DNA from: Octopus sinensis
Lineage: Eukaryota
Assembly: GCF_006345805.1 (NCBI RefSeq)
Contig: NC_042998.1
Location: 105,896,001-105,960,000 of the forward strand
Direction of reading: 5' to 3'
Length of the DNA stretch: 64,000 bases
In this document: positions 1-10,703 of the stretch, in pieces
Layout: the number at the start of each line of letters is the position of its first letter
How positions within the stretch are numbered: the stretch's first letter is position 1
Notes under the pieces: generated by a model
Database searches by the model: none
What the model saw: only the letters and a program-made list of their open reading frames with translations
Told to the model about the DNA's origin: nothing
Translations under genes and position numbers: made by a program

Positions 1-402
1 ATTACCTGGAGCTACGTGATTGCCAAGCAAACTCCTTCACCATACCACCATACATGTGGCTGGGAATAGAACATAATATTTCAGATTGTGTATTCGCTAT
101 TCCAAGTCCTGTTTATGTAGTTGTGGGCTTTTATCTTATTGAACTTGCTAATATAATTAGAACATATATTGTCTGTATCAATTTCAGACTGTATTCAACT
201 GCAAGGAATAAAATATATTAAAGTAAATAATTTGCTCTATGCCAGCCTTTCAATTCATTCTGCTGTGATTGATATTTGGTATTCCTTACAACAAGGGTTC
301 ACTTACATTTGGAATATATTCCTTTATTAAAGTTATATTCCTAAAGAATATAACTTCAATTGAAGTAATGTTGAGTGAAATGATACTCAATTAAAGGAAA
401 AG

Positions 403-412
403 GATATATACA

Positions 413-508
<96 letters not shown>

Positions 509-592
509 CATACATGCATATATATATACATATATACATATATAGATATACATATATATATATATATATACATACACTCACACATACATATA
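403..592. repeat. (TA)n/(TACA)n microsatellite
   Basis: Direct dinucleotide and tetranucleotide run; source of the spurious 391..711 ORF. Confidence 0.95.
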
Positions 593-1299
593 CAGGAAGA
601 GAGAGAGAAAATGATGCAGATAAACATGATTAGGCTTGATATATATATAAATATACATGGATATTTACATGCATACATATGCACATAAAGACAGATAGAT
701 AGTCTATCCACTTCATGTTGATATTTACTATTGTCATCCTCTTCCCCTTCTTCCTTCTCATCCTTGACATCATCATCATCATCATCACTATTGTCGTCAT
801 TATCATCATAATTATCAACTCATTACTTTGATCATAACCATCTTCTGTGGTAGCATAGGTGAGCCATGATATGCAATACACTATCTTACCCTGTATTTCA
901 ATCCTGTGTCATCTCATCAGTTTGGTCCACTTGTTTTCATATTTGACCTTGTTATTTCTTGATTTGATCAAACTTTACGATATGCTTATTTTTTACCAAT
1001 CCAAAAACGCATTATATATTTTCAGCCACTAAGTGTCATACATTCACATTACATAATGTGTATATATATATATAAGGAAATATAAGATAAAAATTTGGCA
1101 AAAATATGAGTGAAAAAACTGAGAAAAACATTAAAAGGGGCAGTAATTATTCCCCTGGAATCAAGATTATGACCTAGCAACTTCTTAAATGAAAAATATT
1201 GTTAATGTTTAGTATTTAATGTGTTCTACCTTGGTGTTGTCATCTAAAAAATAAATGTCTATTGTGGATAGTTAACTGGAGGAAAGGCTAAAGTACATT

Positions 1300-2092
1300 A
1301 AACTGTGACTGATCTGGTGAAGAGAAACTTCTTGCAGCCTGATAACAGATGTATACATCTTGTAAAGATCTCTAACCTCAAATTTAGAAGGCTGGTGAAG
1401 TCCTTTGATCAAATAAGGATGTGCGTACTTTCTGCCATACAGAACATGCACTTTTTAATCCATTGATGTACAGCGTAAATCTCACTGTGATGTGCCTCTT
1501 AATGGTGTGTGGTATATTGCTTTCCTTCAGGTTCCAGATATGGTGTGGTGGCTTTGTGTTTTTCTATTGTCTATATATTTAATAGAAGACTTTAGGTTGA
1601 TGTCTCACTTTTTGTACAGTCTAATATATTCTACTTTTTGTTCCCTTATTTGATGGAACAGAGTTAACCTCAGATTCGTAGATGACTGAGCAATTATGCA
1701 TGCCTAGTCTAGTTAGCATATATCTTGTTTCCTAATGTTGCAGCCTGGAGTAAACATTTTGGTTGGTTTACATGAAACGGTTTTCATATTATGGCTTTAT
1801 CCATATGAAACTTTCTCAGAATGTCAATTGAAGATTTTCTTCTATCAGTGGCTATTGGGGAAATGCTAGAAATGTTTCACTAACATTTGTCCTAACATTC
1901 AAGGTGGAGTATAGAGCATACCATATAACTTATTTAGGTTTATTTTTAGGCTTGATACTTGTTTGGGTCAGAGTGTATGCTACCTTCTCTTTAATGCCAC
2001 TGTTGACCCAGGATATTATAATAGGGGGATGCTTTATTGAGAATTCCTTTAAAGAAAAGGAGGTTAGAAATCCTATTACTAATGTTAGTTAA
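1300..2092 (-). mobile_element. Penelope-like element remnant (RT thumb to GIY-YIG C-terminus), pseudogenised
   Basis: Minus-strand translation across frameshifts gives TNISNRISNL..ILNKASPYYN..SGIKEK, then NLKESNIPHTIK.HI....YINGLKKCMFCMAE..HIL...SLLNLRLEIFTRCIH..KKFL, matching Penelope motifs. The 1950-2092 part aligns with 48960-49150. Confidence 0.85.
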
Positions 2093-2167
2093 CATCATCA
2101 TCTGCTAGATGATGTAAAACTGCAAGATGCAAGACCTATCCAGTGTATTTCAGGATTGTAAATAACA

Positions 2168-2320
2168 GATGTAAAATGATGATGATCATGATCATGATGA
2201 TCATGATAACAATAATGACGACACTGCTACCACCACCGCCAACAACAACAACAACAATGACGGTCATCAGCAACAGCACCACCACCACTGCCATGACAAT
2301 AATGACACTGGTGTTTGACA
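2168..2320. repeat. Mixed trinucleotide repeat (GAT/CAA/CAC)
   Basis: Direct inspection. Confidence 0.85.
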
Positions 2321-3054
2321 TGAAATTGCAGTTATCAAATGTTTCTTCAAGATTCCCGCACTCCCTATCCCCTCATCATTCACTTTGATCAGTCTCAGGC
2401 ACTGATTCGGTTATCTAGAACTTAACTATTATATTTAGTTTCCATTCTACTCCACTAAACATTAATCTATGGAAAGAAGAATATTTGTTACAAAGGAAAA
2501 ACTTTTGTAGTTGAGCTAAAATAGTTACTGTCTCAGTATACATAGCTACTAATTATAAATTGTGGGTATACTATAGTCAATACTAAACTAGCAGGGAAAG
2601 TCTGTACCATAGCTGTCTCAGTCTTTGATCAACCTAAAGAAGAGATAAACTATGTCAGGTGATAAATCATTCTGAGAAATACCTTATCAGAGTAGCTGCA
2701 AGACCAGAATAGGTTAGCAAATATTTATGGTTTAAAGTTAATTATAATAACTATGATAATAATAAACCTAGCAATAGTAGACTTCCATAGAGAATGATAC
2801 AAAGAAATATCACAGTCCACTATGAGAGACAATTTCCATAACAAACAATATGTGAAATAATAAACTAAAAATGGCATTAAGCCTGGTAGAGACTAAAGTT
2901 ATTCTTATCAAAATAACTTAAAATATAATTCTGATCGTCAACTTTCTATATGCTGGGTAGTAATGGAGTGGAAAACACATTAGTTCTTTAGACATTGACT
3001 TGTCAGAATTGTTAGAGTGACAAAAAGAATGTCTTTTGATATGTTTTGATTCTC

Positions 3055-3160
3055 TATGCTCTGAGTTCAAATCCCACTAAAGTCAATTTGGTATTTTTTC
3101 CCCCTTTGAAAGTCAGTAAATAGAATACTGGGGTCAATTCACCCCCACCATCTCGCCACC
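3055..3160 (+). mobile_element. SINE-B fragment, diverged
   Basis: ctgagttcaaatccc...gtcaat...atactggggtcaatt matches the internal part of the SINE-B copies at 30965 and 32688. Confidence 0.55.
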
Positions 3161-3447
3161 TCCTTTCTCTCTCTCTTATTCTCGATATCTCTGGATTGTA
3201 TCACATAATTCAAAGTTCCGATCTTGTCTTATTTTGTCATATTGATTCAGCCTGAGGTTTGCATTGTGGACACATAGGAATGCTGAACCACTTACACACT
3301 TATTTCATGACACAAACTTCATTTGTTTGATCTACTGGATGTTTATTATGAAGATCACTGGAAAATCAATCACCAGCTCTAAAGCTCTTTCTTCAGGTTC
3401 TTTTAATCATTATGGCTAAAGGCAATTATGGTGCATTGACTATATTC

Positions 3448-3655
3448 TTATACTTGTTTCAGTCAATGGACTGTGGCCATGATGGGACACTGCCTTGAAG
3501 GGGTATAGTCAAACAAATCAACCTCATGATATCTTTTTTAAAGCCTGGTATTTACTTTATTGGTCTCTTTTGCCGAATCAGTAAGTCATGGGGATGTAAA
3601 CAAACTAACACTAGCTGTCAAGCAGTAATGAGGGGCAAACCCAAACACACATATA
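3448..3655 (-). mobile_element. SINE-A 3' half, diverged
   Basis: Matches the SINE-A tail (cttgtttcagtca..ggccatg..tctcttttgccgaa..ctgtcaagc). Confidence 0.75.
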
Positions 3656-3811
3656 CATATATATGTGCATATACATATAGTCATGCATGTGTATATATAT
3701 ATATATATATGATATAGTAGATCATGGCATGATATGTCAAAAGCTACAAGACCTTGACATTGCTGGTTAACTGGGAGAGTGGCTGCATGACTTCCCTAAA
3801 GACAGAATTCA

Positions 3812-4085
3812 AGTACATTATTTACATTATTTACATTTGACGGATATTTGTCCTCATCTTGTTTGTAGTTAACACAAGGTTTTGGCTGATATACCCTCCA
3901 GCCTTTTTCATGTGTCTTGGGGAAATTTCGAACCTGGGTTCTCATTCCTAAGGTATTTCCCCAAGACACCTGAAGAAGGCTGGAGGGTATATCAGCCAAA
4001 ACGTTGTGTTAACAACAAACAAGATGAGGACAAATATCCGTCGAATGTAAATAATGTACATAATTCCTCATCTATAAAATATAGA
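3812..4085. mobile_element. Penelope terminal-repeat-derived fold-back insertion
   Basis: Inverted arms ~3813-3926 and 3955-4059 with few mismatches and a 28-nt loop. Flanked by the direct repeat ACAGAATTCA at 3802-3811 and 4086-4095. Contains a hammerhead-like motif. Confidence 0.8.
3965..4010 (+). ncRNA. Minimal type I hammerhead-like motif, probably inactive (G12A)
   Basis: Stem I GACAC/GTGTT, core CTGAAGA(A), stem II GGCTG/CAGCC, AAAA in place of GAAA, palindromic AACGTT stem III, GUU site. Confidence 0.65.
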
Positions 4086-4736
4086 ACAGAATTCAGGTAG
4101 TTGCAGACAATGGTACCCTTTCTGAAGAAACACAAATCACTCCAGCGCCTGGTTAATAAATGTTACCAGCTATGTTGATGATACAAAATTATCAAGGGGA
4201 ATGAAAAAAACCAAGATGATGTCACAAGCTTACAGCAGAACATGAATTCAATATACAAGTGGGCTGAAATAAACAACATACAGCTTAATACTGGAAAATT
4301 TTAAGCACTGCACTATCAACTCACGAATGCACTACAGCCTGCATATACAGGATCCAAAAGCACTACAATCCCAGAGTCACAGGCAGTGCAAGACTTGGGA
4401 ACCAATATGTGCAATGATGCATTATTTTATATGCACCTTACCAAGATGGCAGCAAAGTGCAGACAACTGGCAGGATGGATACTGAGGTCATTCAAGGCAT
4501 GAGACCAAGAAGCTATGTTGACACTAAGGAGAACCTTTGTTCTCAGCTGCCTGGACAACTGCTCCCAGTTGTGGTCACCACATAATGCCAAACTAACCGC
4601 GGAGCTTGAGGCGGTTCAATACCACTACATGAAAAAAATTGAAACAGTGCAGCAGATAAGCTACAGGGATAGTCTGAGAAAACTGCAACTATACCCCCTT
4701 GAGTTAAAGCATGAGAGACATGCAATGATCTACATA

Positions 4737-4962
4737 CTCCTTACTCTTTTACTCTTTTACTGGTTTCTGTCATTTGACTGCGGCCATGCTGGAGCACCGC
4801 CTTAAATCGAGCAACTCGACCCCGGGACTTATTCTTTTGTAAGCCCAGTACTTATTCTATCAATATCTTTTGCCGAACCGCTAAGTAACGGGGACATAAA
4901 CACACCAGCATCGGTTGTCAAGCAATGCTAGGGGTACAAACACAGACACACAAACACACACA

Positions 4963-4999
<37 letters not shown>

Positions 5000-5163
5000 G
5001 ACAGGCTTCTTTCAGTTTCTGTCTACCAAATCCACTCACAAGGCTTTGGTCGGCCTGAGGCTATAGTAGAAGACACTTGCCCAAGGTGCCATGCAGTGGG
5101 ACTGAACCCAGAACCATGTGGCTGGTAAACAAGCTACTTACCACACAACCACTCCTACGCCTA
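4737..5163 (-). mobile_element. SINE-A, full length (tRNA-derived head, CORE-like ACCTTGGGCAAGT segment, internal (TA)n/(TG)n, GTAAAAGA-repeat tail)
   Basis: Head ggcgtaggagtggttgtgtggtaag..B-box-like ggttcagtccc; tail ggcggtgctccagcatggccgcagtcaaatgac..gtaaaagagtaaaagag. More than 10 copies in the window. Confidence 0.92.
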
Positions 5164-5649
5164 TGGAAATCTCTCCTACATATGGAAATCTCTAGAAGGG
5201 CTAGTACCTAATTTCGGCATTGAGTGTTATACAACTGCCAGAACTGGCTACCATTGTATTGTGCCAAAGGTACCATCCACTCCATCTAAATTCAGAACCA
5301 GGTACTGCAATAGTTTAGGGTTCAAAGGCCCACAGCTCTTCAATGCACTGCCAGAAAAATTAAGAAATCTGCAAAAGGTGGAAGCAGATGTCTTCAAAAA
5401 GGAACTAGACATCTTTCTCTCCACAATACTGGATGAATCAACAGCCTGACATGAGGTGAAGACAAGGGCAGCGGAATCACACTCCCTTATACACCAAATG
5501 GGCCAACATCTGGGACAAAGACACATACAAGAGTGGTGGTGTGAAACACCTCAGACCGAGGAAATCAGAAAGACCATGGTGGTGCTCCAGCATGACCGCA
5601 GCTGCATGGCTGAAATGAGTAAAAGAATATGTATATATATATATATATG

Positions 5650-5812
5650 ATAGGTTTCTTTCAGTTTGCCTCTATCAAATCCACTCTCCACTCACAAGGC
5701 TTTAGTTAGCCCAAGGCTATAGAATAAGACTCTTGCCCAAGGTGCCACACAGTGGGATTGAATCCAGAACCATGCACTCGTAAAGCAAGCTTCTTACCAC
5801 ACAGCCATGCCT
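5650..5812 (-). mobile_element. SINE-A 5' half
   Basis: Head and CORE-like segment ending at the internal (TA)n. Confidence 0.85.
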
Positions 5813-6075
5813 GATAAATTACATATTTAATCAAGATCACAGGTAATTTTTAAAATTACGATTTATAAAATTAACCTTGTCATGCTGTATTCTCACTGTA
5901 GTAGGAATAAGTTAAGCATCATCTCTGCTGGATTCCTAGTAAACTGGTAATGACCAACACACATAGGATGCAGCCAATTCTGTCCATAAGTTTGCCTGCA
6001 ATCATTACTCTTGGGTGCATATGCAACTATTTATTTTTTTTTTTTTTCAGGTAGCCCAGGTGTGAGATGATTTTT

Positions 6076-6480
6076 TTTTTACTTGTTTCAGACATTTGAC
6101 ATCAGCCATGCTGGAGCACTGCCTTTAGTTGAGCAAATCAACTCCGGGACTTATTCTTTATAAGCCTAGTACTTATTCTATCGGTCTCTTTTGTCAAACG
6201 ACTAAGTGATGGGGACATAAACACACCAGCATCGGTTGTCAAGCAATGCTAGGGAAACAAACACAGACACACAAACATACACACACACACGCACATATAT
6301 ATATACATACATATATACGACGTGCTTCTTTTAGTTTCCATTTACCAAATCCACTCACAAGGCTTTGGTCAGCCCGAAGCTATAGTAGAAGACACTTGCC
6401 CAAGATGCCACACAGTGAGACTGAACCCAGAAACATGTGGTTGGTAAGCAAGCTACTTACCACACAGCCATTCCTGTGCA
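6076..6480 (-). mobile_element. SINE-A, full length
   Basis: Aligns over its whole length with 4737-5163. Confidence 0.92.
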
Positions 6481-8324
6481 TGGTTAGTAAATGAATAAAT
6501 AATTATACAGCACAACAAGAGTTAAAGACAGAGTTATTGCATATTATGAGTTTACTGTGTAAGATATAATAGACTTTGATATATATATATATATTAATGA
6601 TGATGGACAAAGTGCCTTAGAGTATTTAATTATGGTATTTTACACTTTAAGTTCAAATTCTTCCAAAGATGACATTGTCTTAGTGCCAGTCAAATATGGT
6701 AGTTGATTTAATTGGCAGAGCCCTCGACTCCAAATACGTGATCTTGTGTCAATGCTGGAAATCAATATGTATCAAAGCACACTGAATAGCTCCCCAAGTG
6801 ACATATTAGATAACACTTGACTTGAATAAAGGAAGAACAATTCAATATTTTGTTATACAAGAAGAGCTTTCCTTCATTATTTCTCACTATACTTCTTGTG
6901 TTTTCCTTCCAACTTAATAAGGAAACCTATACATGGTCACTTAACTGACCTGCTAGAAAAAGTAACTAAATTTTCTCTTAGATTACACCTGACACATTCA
7001 AAAACGAGGCACATATTAGATAGTGTAGTCTTAAATATAGAATGCCTGAAAAAACAGTATGGCTATGGTTTGAATGACTTTGGTTATAGGTTTACTCATC
7101 TAAGGCTGACCTCAGGTTAAAACAACCAATCTTCTGTTATTAAAGATGGTGAGATATCTGTACATTTTAATTTTTGATAAATACTGCAAACAACTTAAAT
7201 CAAATGAAATTTGAATCAAATCAGAAGCTATTACTAACTATTCAGCTTTGAAGAAGTCATGGAGTGGGGGTTAAGAAGTTATCTCTGCAGCTATGTGGCT
7301 CAAGATAGCATTGCATTTTGCTTTGATTGATGTGCAATATCATCTTTAACTGGTCAGCTTCTTGCTGACTAATGATTTGTGACCAATGACTAATTGGTTT
7401 GTGAGTTGAATTTGGTAGGTGATAACACGGCAGAAATCTATTAATGCACGAGTGTATTTATCTTTAACCAATATACATCAACACAGGATATAAACATCAG
7501 CAAGGATACTGAAAAAAATTAAACTGTTCCCTATAATATTTGTTCTATATTGAGTTATTGTGTCTCTTTTATCATTCTTGATCTCAGAAAAGCAATGAAC
7601 CAGTGATTGGCTTACTGGAAATTTGTACTCCATTATGCTATTGTTCATCAATAGTGGTATAAAATTAATAAATAATAAATTATTTAATGAATAAAAAATA
7701 AGTAGAAAGGAAACCTGTCGTCAGCCTGGCACTCCAAAACAAACAGAGTTATATGCCCTTCCCTAGTGACATTACAAAACACAACAGTTATTGTAATATG
7801 CAGTAAGAAAATGTTTATGTCTGGTATAAGTGTTAGTAAATGCTTAATAAAAACAAGTTCAAAGGAATAATGATATTTACATATATATATTATTAACAGA
7901 ATTTTGAAAAAAATACTGATCAACATTCAGACAGTAAAATCACATATAGAGATCTTTGACATGCTTATAATTATGTAGATTAAATGAAAGACATTCTGGA
8001 TACATTAAACTCTTTGATGTTTGGAATACTAATTCCAGCAAACAAAGAATTACACATATCTAGCATGATGAAAATAATTAAAACATGACTACAGACTTCA
8101 TAATGAGGCAGAGATAAGAATTTATGAATGCTTGTTATTTTCCTCGGAAAGAGAAACAGTAATCGCAGCCAATTTTCCTGACATATTCAATAAAATACAA
8201 AAGAAAATATATATTGATACTTAGAGTTTACACAAAGTTAGAAGAACAACTTTTATCAGAAATAATAAAAGTAATATGGATATGAAAATATTTCCAGAAT
8301 AAACTTATCAGAGGACATGACATA

Positions 8325-8430
8325 AAAACAACAACAACAACAACAACAACAACAATAATAATAACAATAATAATAATAATAATAATGATAATAATAATAA
8401 TAATAATAATAACAACAATAATAATAATGA
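8325..8430. repeat. (CAA)n/(AAT)n microsatellite
   Basis: Direct inspection. Confidence 0.95.
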
Positions 8431-8650
8431 TGATGTCAAATTTTGCCACAAGGGCAGCTTGGAGGAGGGGATTAAACCAATTACATCACCCACCCACCCA
8501 CAGTGTGTAAATGGTACTTATTTAATCAACTCTGAAAGGATGAAAGGCAGAGTTGACCTCGGTGGAATATGAACTCAGAACATAGCAGCAGATGAAATAC
8601 TTCTAAGCATTTCGCCCAGTATGCTAAGGATTCTGCCAGCTCACTACCTT
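8428..8650 (-). mobile_element. SINE-B, full length
   Basis: Head ggtagtgagctggcagaatccttagca, ctgagttcatattcc, central ctttcatcctttc..aataagtacc, tail into (ATC/ATT)n. Confidence 0.88.
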
Positions 8651-8676
8651 AACAATAATAATAATAATAATAATAA

Positions 8677-8758
<82 letters not shown>

Positions 8759-8767
8759 ATAACAACA

Positions 8768-9315
8768 AATGGCCTGATGCAGTACCAGGCGCTGGCTCTC
8801 ATGGCTTCTGATCTTAACTGATTGGAAGTGTTGTCATGTACATTGTTTTGTCTTGGTATAAAAGATGGGCTACAGCAATATTCTACTCAATGCCACAGAT
8901 TTGCTTGTCAGTTGTTTGACCTTAACCACTTGAGCATATCCCTTAGTGGCTAATGATATCTGTATCTCTGATCACGAGCAGAAGTAGTGGGGAAGCATCA
9001 TAGCTATGTGCCGAGAGGAATTCTTTGTCGCTTGAATAATTCACCTCTGGAAACATGGGTGTTTCATTCAACATCTTTAAACAAACCTTATTCAGGGATA
9101 TTTTGAGTGGGAAAGGCTACTCAGCCTGAGGGAAATTCTAACTGGGCCCCATCTGCAAGGTCATGCACTGTTTATCTCGATATGAGATCACCATTTTGTG
9201 CACATATGGTTGTGATGTATGTACCTGGTGTATCCTTATCAGAAGAGTAGTCATGATGGGTATACTGGGCTTCGTATACTGTGTCACTTTGATGGCATAT
9301 GCTGCTCTCTCACTC
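8768..9315 (+). mobile_element. Element B: unclassified ~550-bp interspersed repeat embedded in (AAT)n
   Basis: Three copies (8768, 9734, and 56813 on the minus strand) share the ends aatg(g/c)cctgatgcagtac and ctctctcactc(aat)n. No real ORF or Pol III boxes seen. Confidence 0.8.
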
Positions 9316-9391
9316 AATAATGATAGTAATAATAATGATAATAATAATAATAATAATAATAATATAATAATAATAACAACAATAATAATAA

Positions 9392-9614
9392 TGATGATGT
9401 CAAATTTTGCCACAAGGGCAGCTTGGAGGAGGGGATTAAACCAATTACATCACCCACCCACCCACAGTGTGTAAATGGTACTTATTTAATCAACTCTGAA
9501 AGGATGAAAGGCAGAGTTGACCTCGGTGGAATATGAACTCAGAACATAGCAGCAGATGAAATACTTCTAAGCATTTCGCCCAGTATGCTAAGGATTCTGC
9601 CAGCTCACTACCTT
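9392..9614 (-). mobile_element. SINE-B (duplicated copy)
   Basis: Near-identical to 8428-8650. Confidence 0.88.
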
Positions 9615-9617
9615 AAC

Positions 9618-9682
<65 letters not shown>

Positions 9683-9693
9683 TATTATTATTA

Positions 9694-9724
<31 letters not shown>

Positions 9725-9733
9725 ATAACAACA

Positions 9734-10282
9734 AATGGCCTGATGCAGTACCAGGCGCTGGCTCTCATGGCTTCTGATCTTAACTGATTGGAAGTGTTGT
9801 CATGTACATTGTTTTGTCTTGGTATAAAAGATGGGCTACAGCAAATATTCTACTCAATGCCACAGATTTGCTTGTCAGTTGTTTGACCTTAACCACTTGA
9901 GCATATCCCTTAGTGGCTAATGATATCTGTATCTCTGATCACGAGCAGAAGTAGTGGGGAAGCATCATAGCTATGTGCCGAGAGGAATTCTTTGTCGCTT
10001 GAATAATTCACCTCTGGAAACATGGGTGTTTCATTCAACATCTTTAAACAAACCTTATTCAGGGATATTTTGAGTGGGAAAGGCTACTCAGCCTGAGGGA
10101 AATTCTAACTGGGCCCCATCTGCAAGGTCATGCACTGTTTATCTCGATATGAGATCACCATTTTGTGCACATATGGTTGTGATGTATGTACCTGGTGTAT
10201 CCTTATCAGAAGAGTAGTCATGATGGGTATACTGGGCTTCGTATACTGTGTCACTTTGATGGCATATGCTGCTCTCTCACTC
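9734..10282 (+). mobile_element. Element B (duplicated copy)
   Basis: Near-identical to 8768-9315. Confidence 0.8.
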
Positions 10283-10387
10283 AATAATGATAGTAATAAT
10301 AATGATAATAATAGTAACTATTATTATTATTTATTATTATTATTATATTTTTAAAATGGATTGATGTAACTCTTCACAAAGGTAAAC

Positions 10388-10703
10388 AGTCAAGACCAAG
10401 AGTGCGATTTGGTTGTAATAGATGTTTTATTGGTTGAACGATATTTCAACAGTAAGTCTGTCTTTCTCAAGTTCAAAATAAGAAGTGATAAAAATTCAAA
10501 ATTATAGAAATTTAAACGTAAAGTATGAACGGGAGCAACGTCCACACAATGGAATGACATCATCAGTTTTTAAGTTTCAATTTTATAACAGGCAAAAAGA
10601 AAAAGACAGAAAGAAAACAGAATAAAGGAGACGACTTACTGTTGAAATATCGTTCAACCAATAAAATATCTATTACAATAGTATTGCGCTCTTCATCTTG
10701 ACT
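10388..10703. mobile_element. Fold-back element, probably Penelope terminal-repeat-derived
   Basis: Arms 10388-10462 and 10627-10703 share a near-perfect ~45-bp core (ttgtaatagatRttttattggttgaacgatatttcaacagtaagtc). A hammerhead-like motif overlaps the left arm. Confidence 0.65.
10434..10476 (-). ncRNA. Atypical minimal hammerhead-like motif
   Basis: Minus strand: stem I TTGAAC/GTTCAA, non-canonical core TTGAGAAA, stem II GACAG/CTGTT, GAAA, TA, TC site. Confidence 0.45.

Larger units (their letters stand above)
3717..5628 (+). mobile_element. CR1/L2-type LINE, 5'-truncated ORF2 (RT) plus 3' UTR, interrupted by two insertions
   Basis: Translation VDHGMICQKL..LGEWLHDFPKDRIQ / SYVDDTKL / IYKWAEINNIQLNTGKF / VQDLG / LDNCSQLWSPH..ELEAVQ / YIWKSLEGLVPN / FKGPQLFNALP..FKKELDIFLSTILDE, with stops and frameshifts. 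Reading frame continues across the inserts at 3812-4085 and 4737-5163. Confidence 0.9.
8400..10315 (+). repeat. Direct tandem duplication, ~965-bp unit (SINE-B + AAT/ATT array + element B)
   Basis: Offset is 964 at gtcaaattttgcc (8435 vs 9399) and 967 at element B. Units are near-identical, differing by single-base indels and repeat lengths. Confidence 0.95.

Noticed and set aside
880-930. Minus-strand CTGATGA-GAT..ATT-GAAA hammerhead-like core
   Set aside because: No stem I pairing and no valid stem III/NUH; chance or too decayed.
6030-6066. 9-nt microexon after a T-rich acceptor (ttcag|GTAGCCCAG|gtgtga)
   Set aside because: Weak donor, and the T-run is a common low-complexity feature; no other support.
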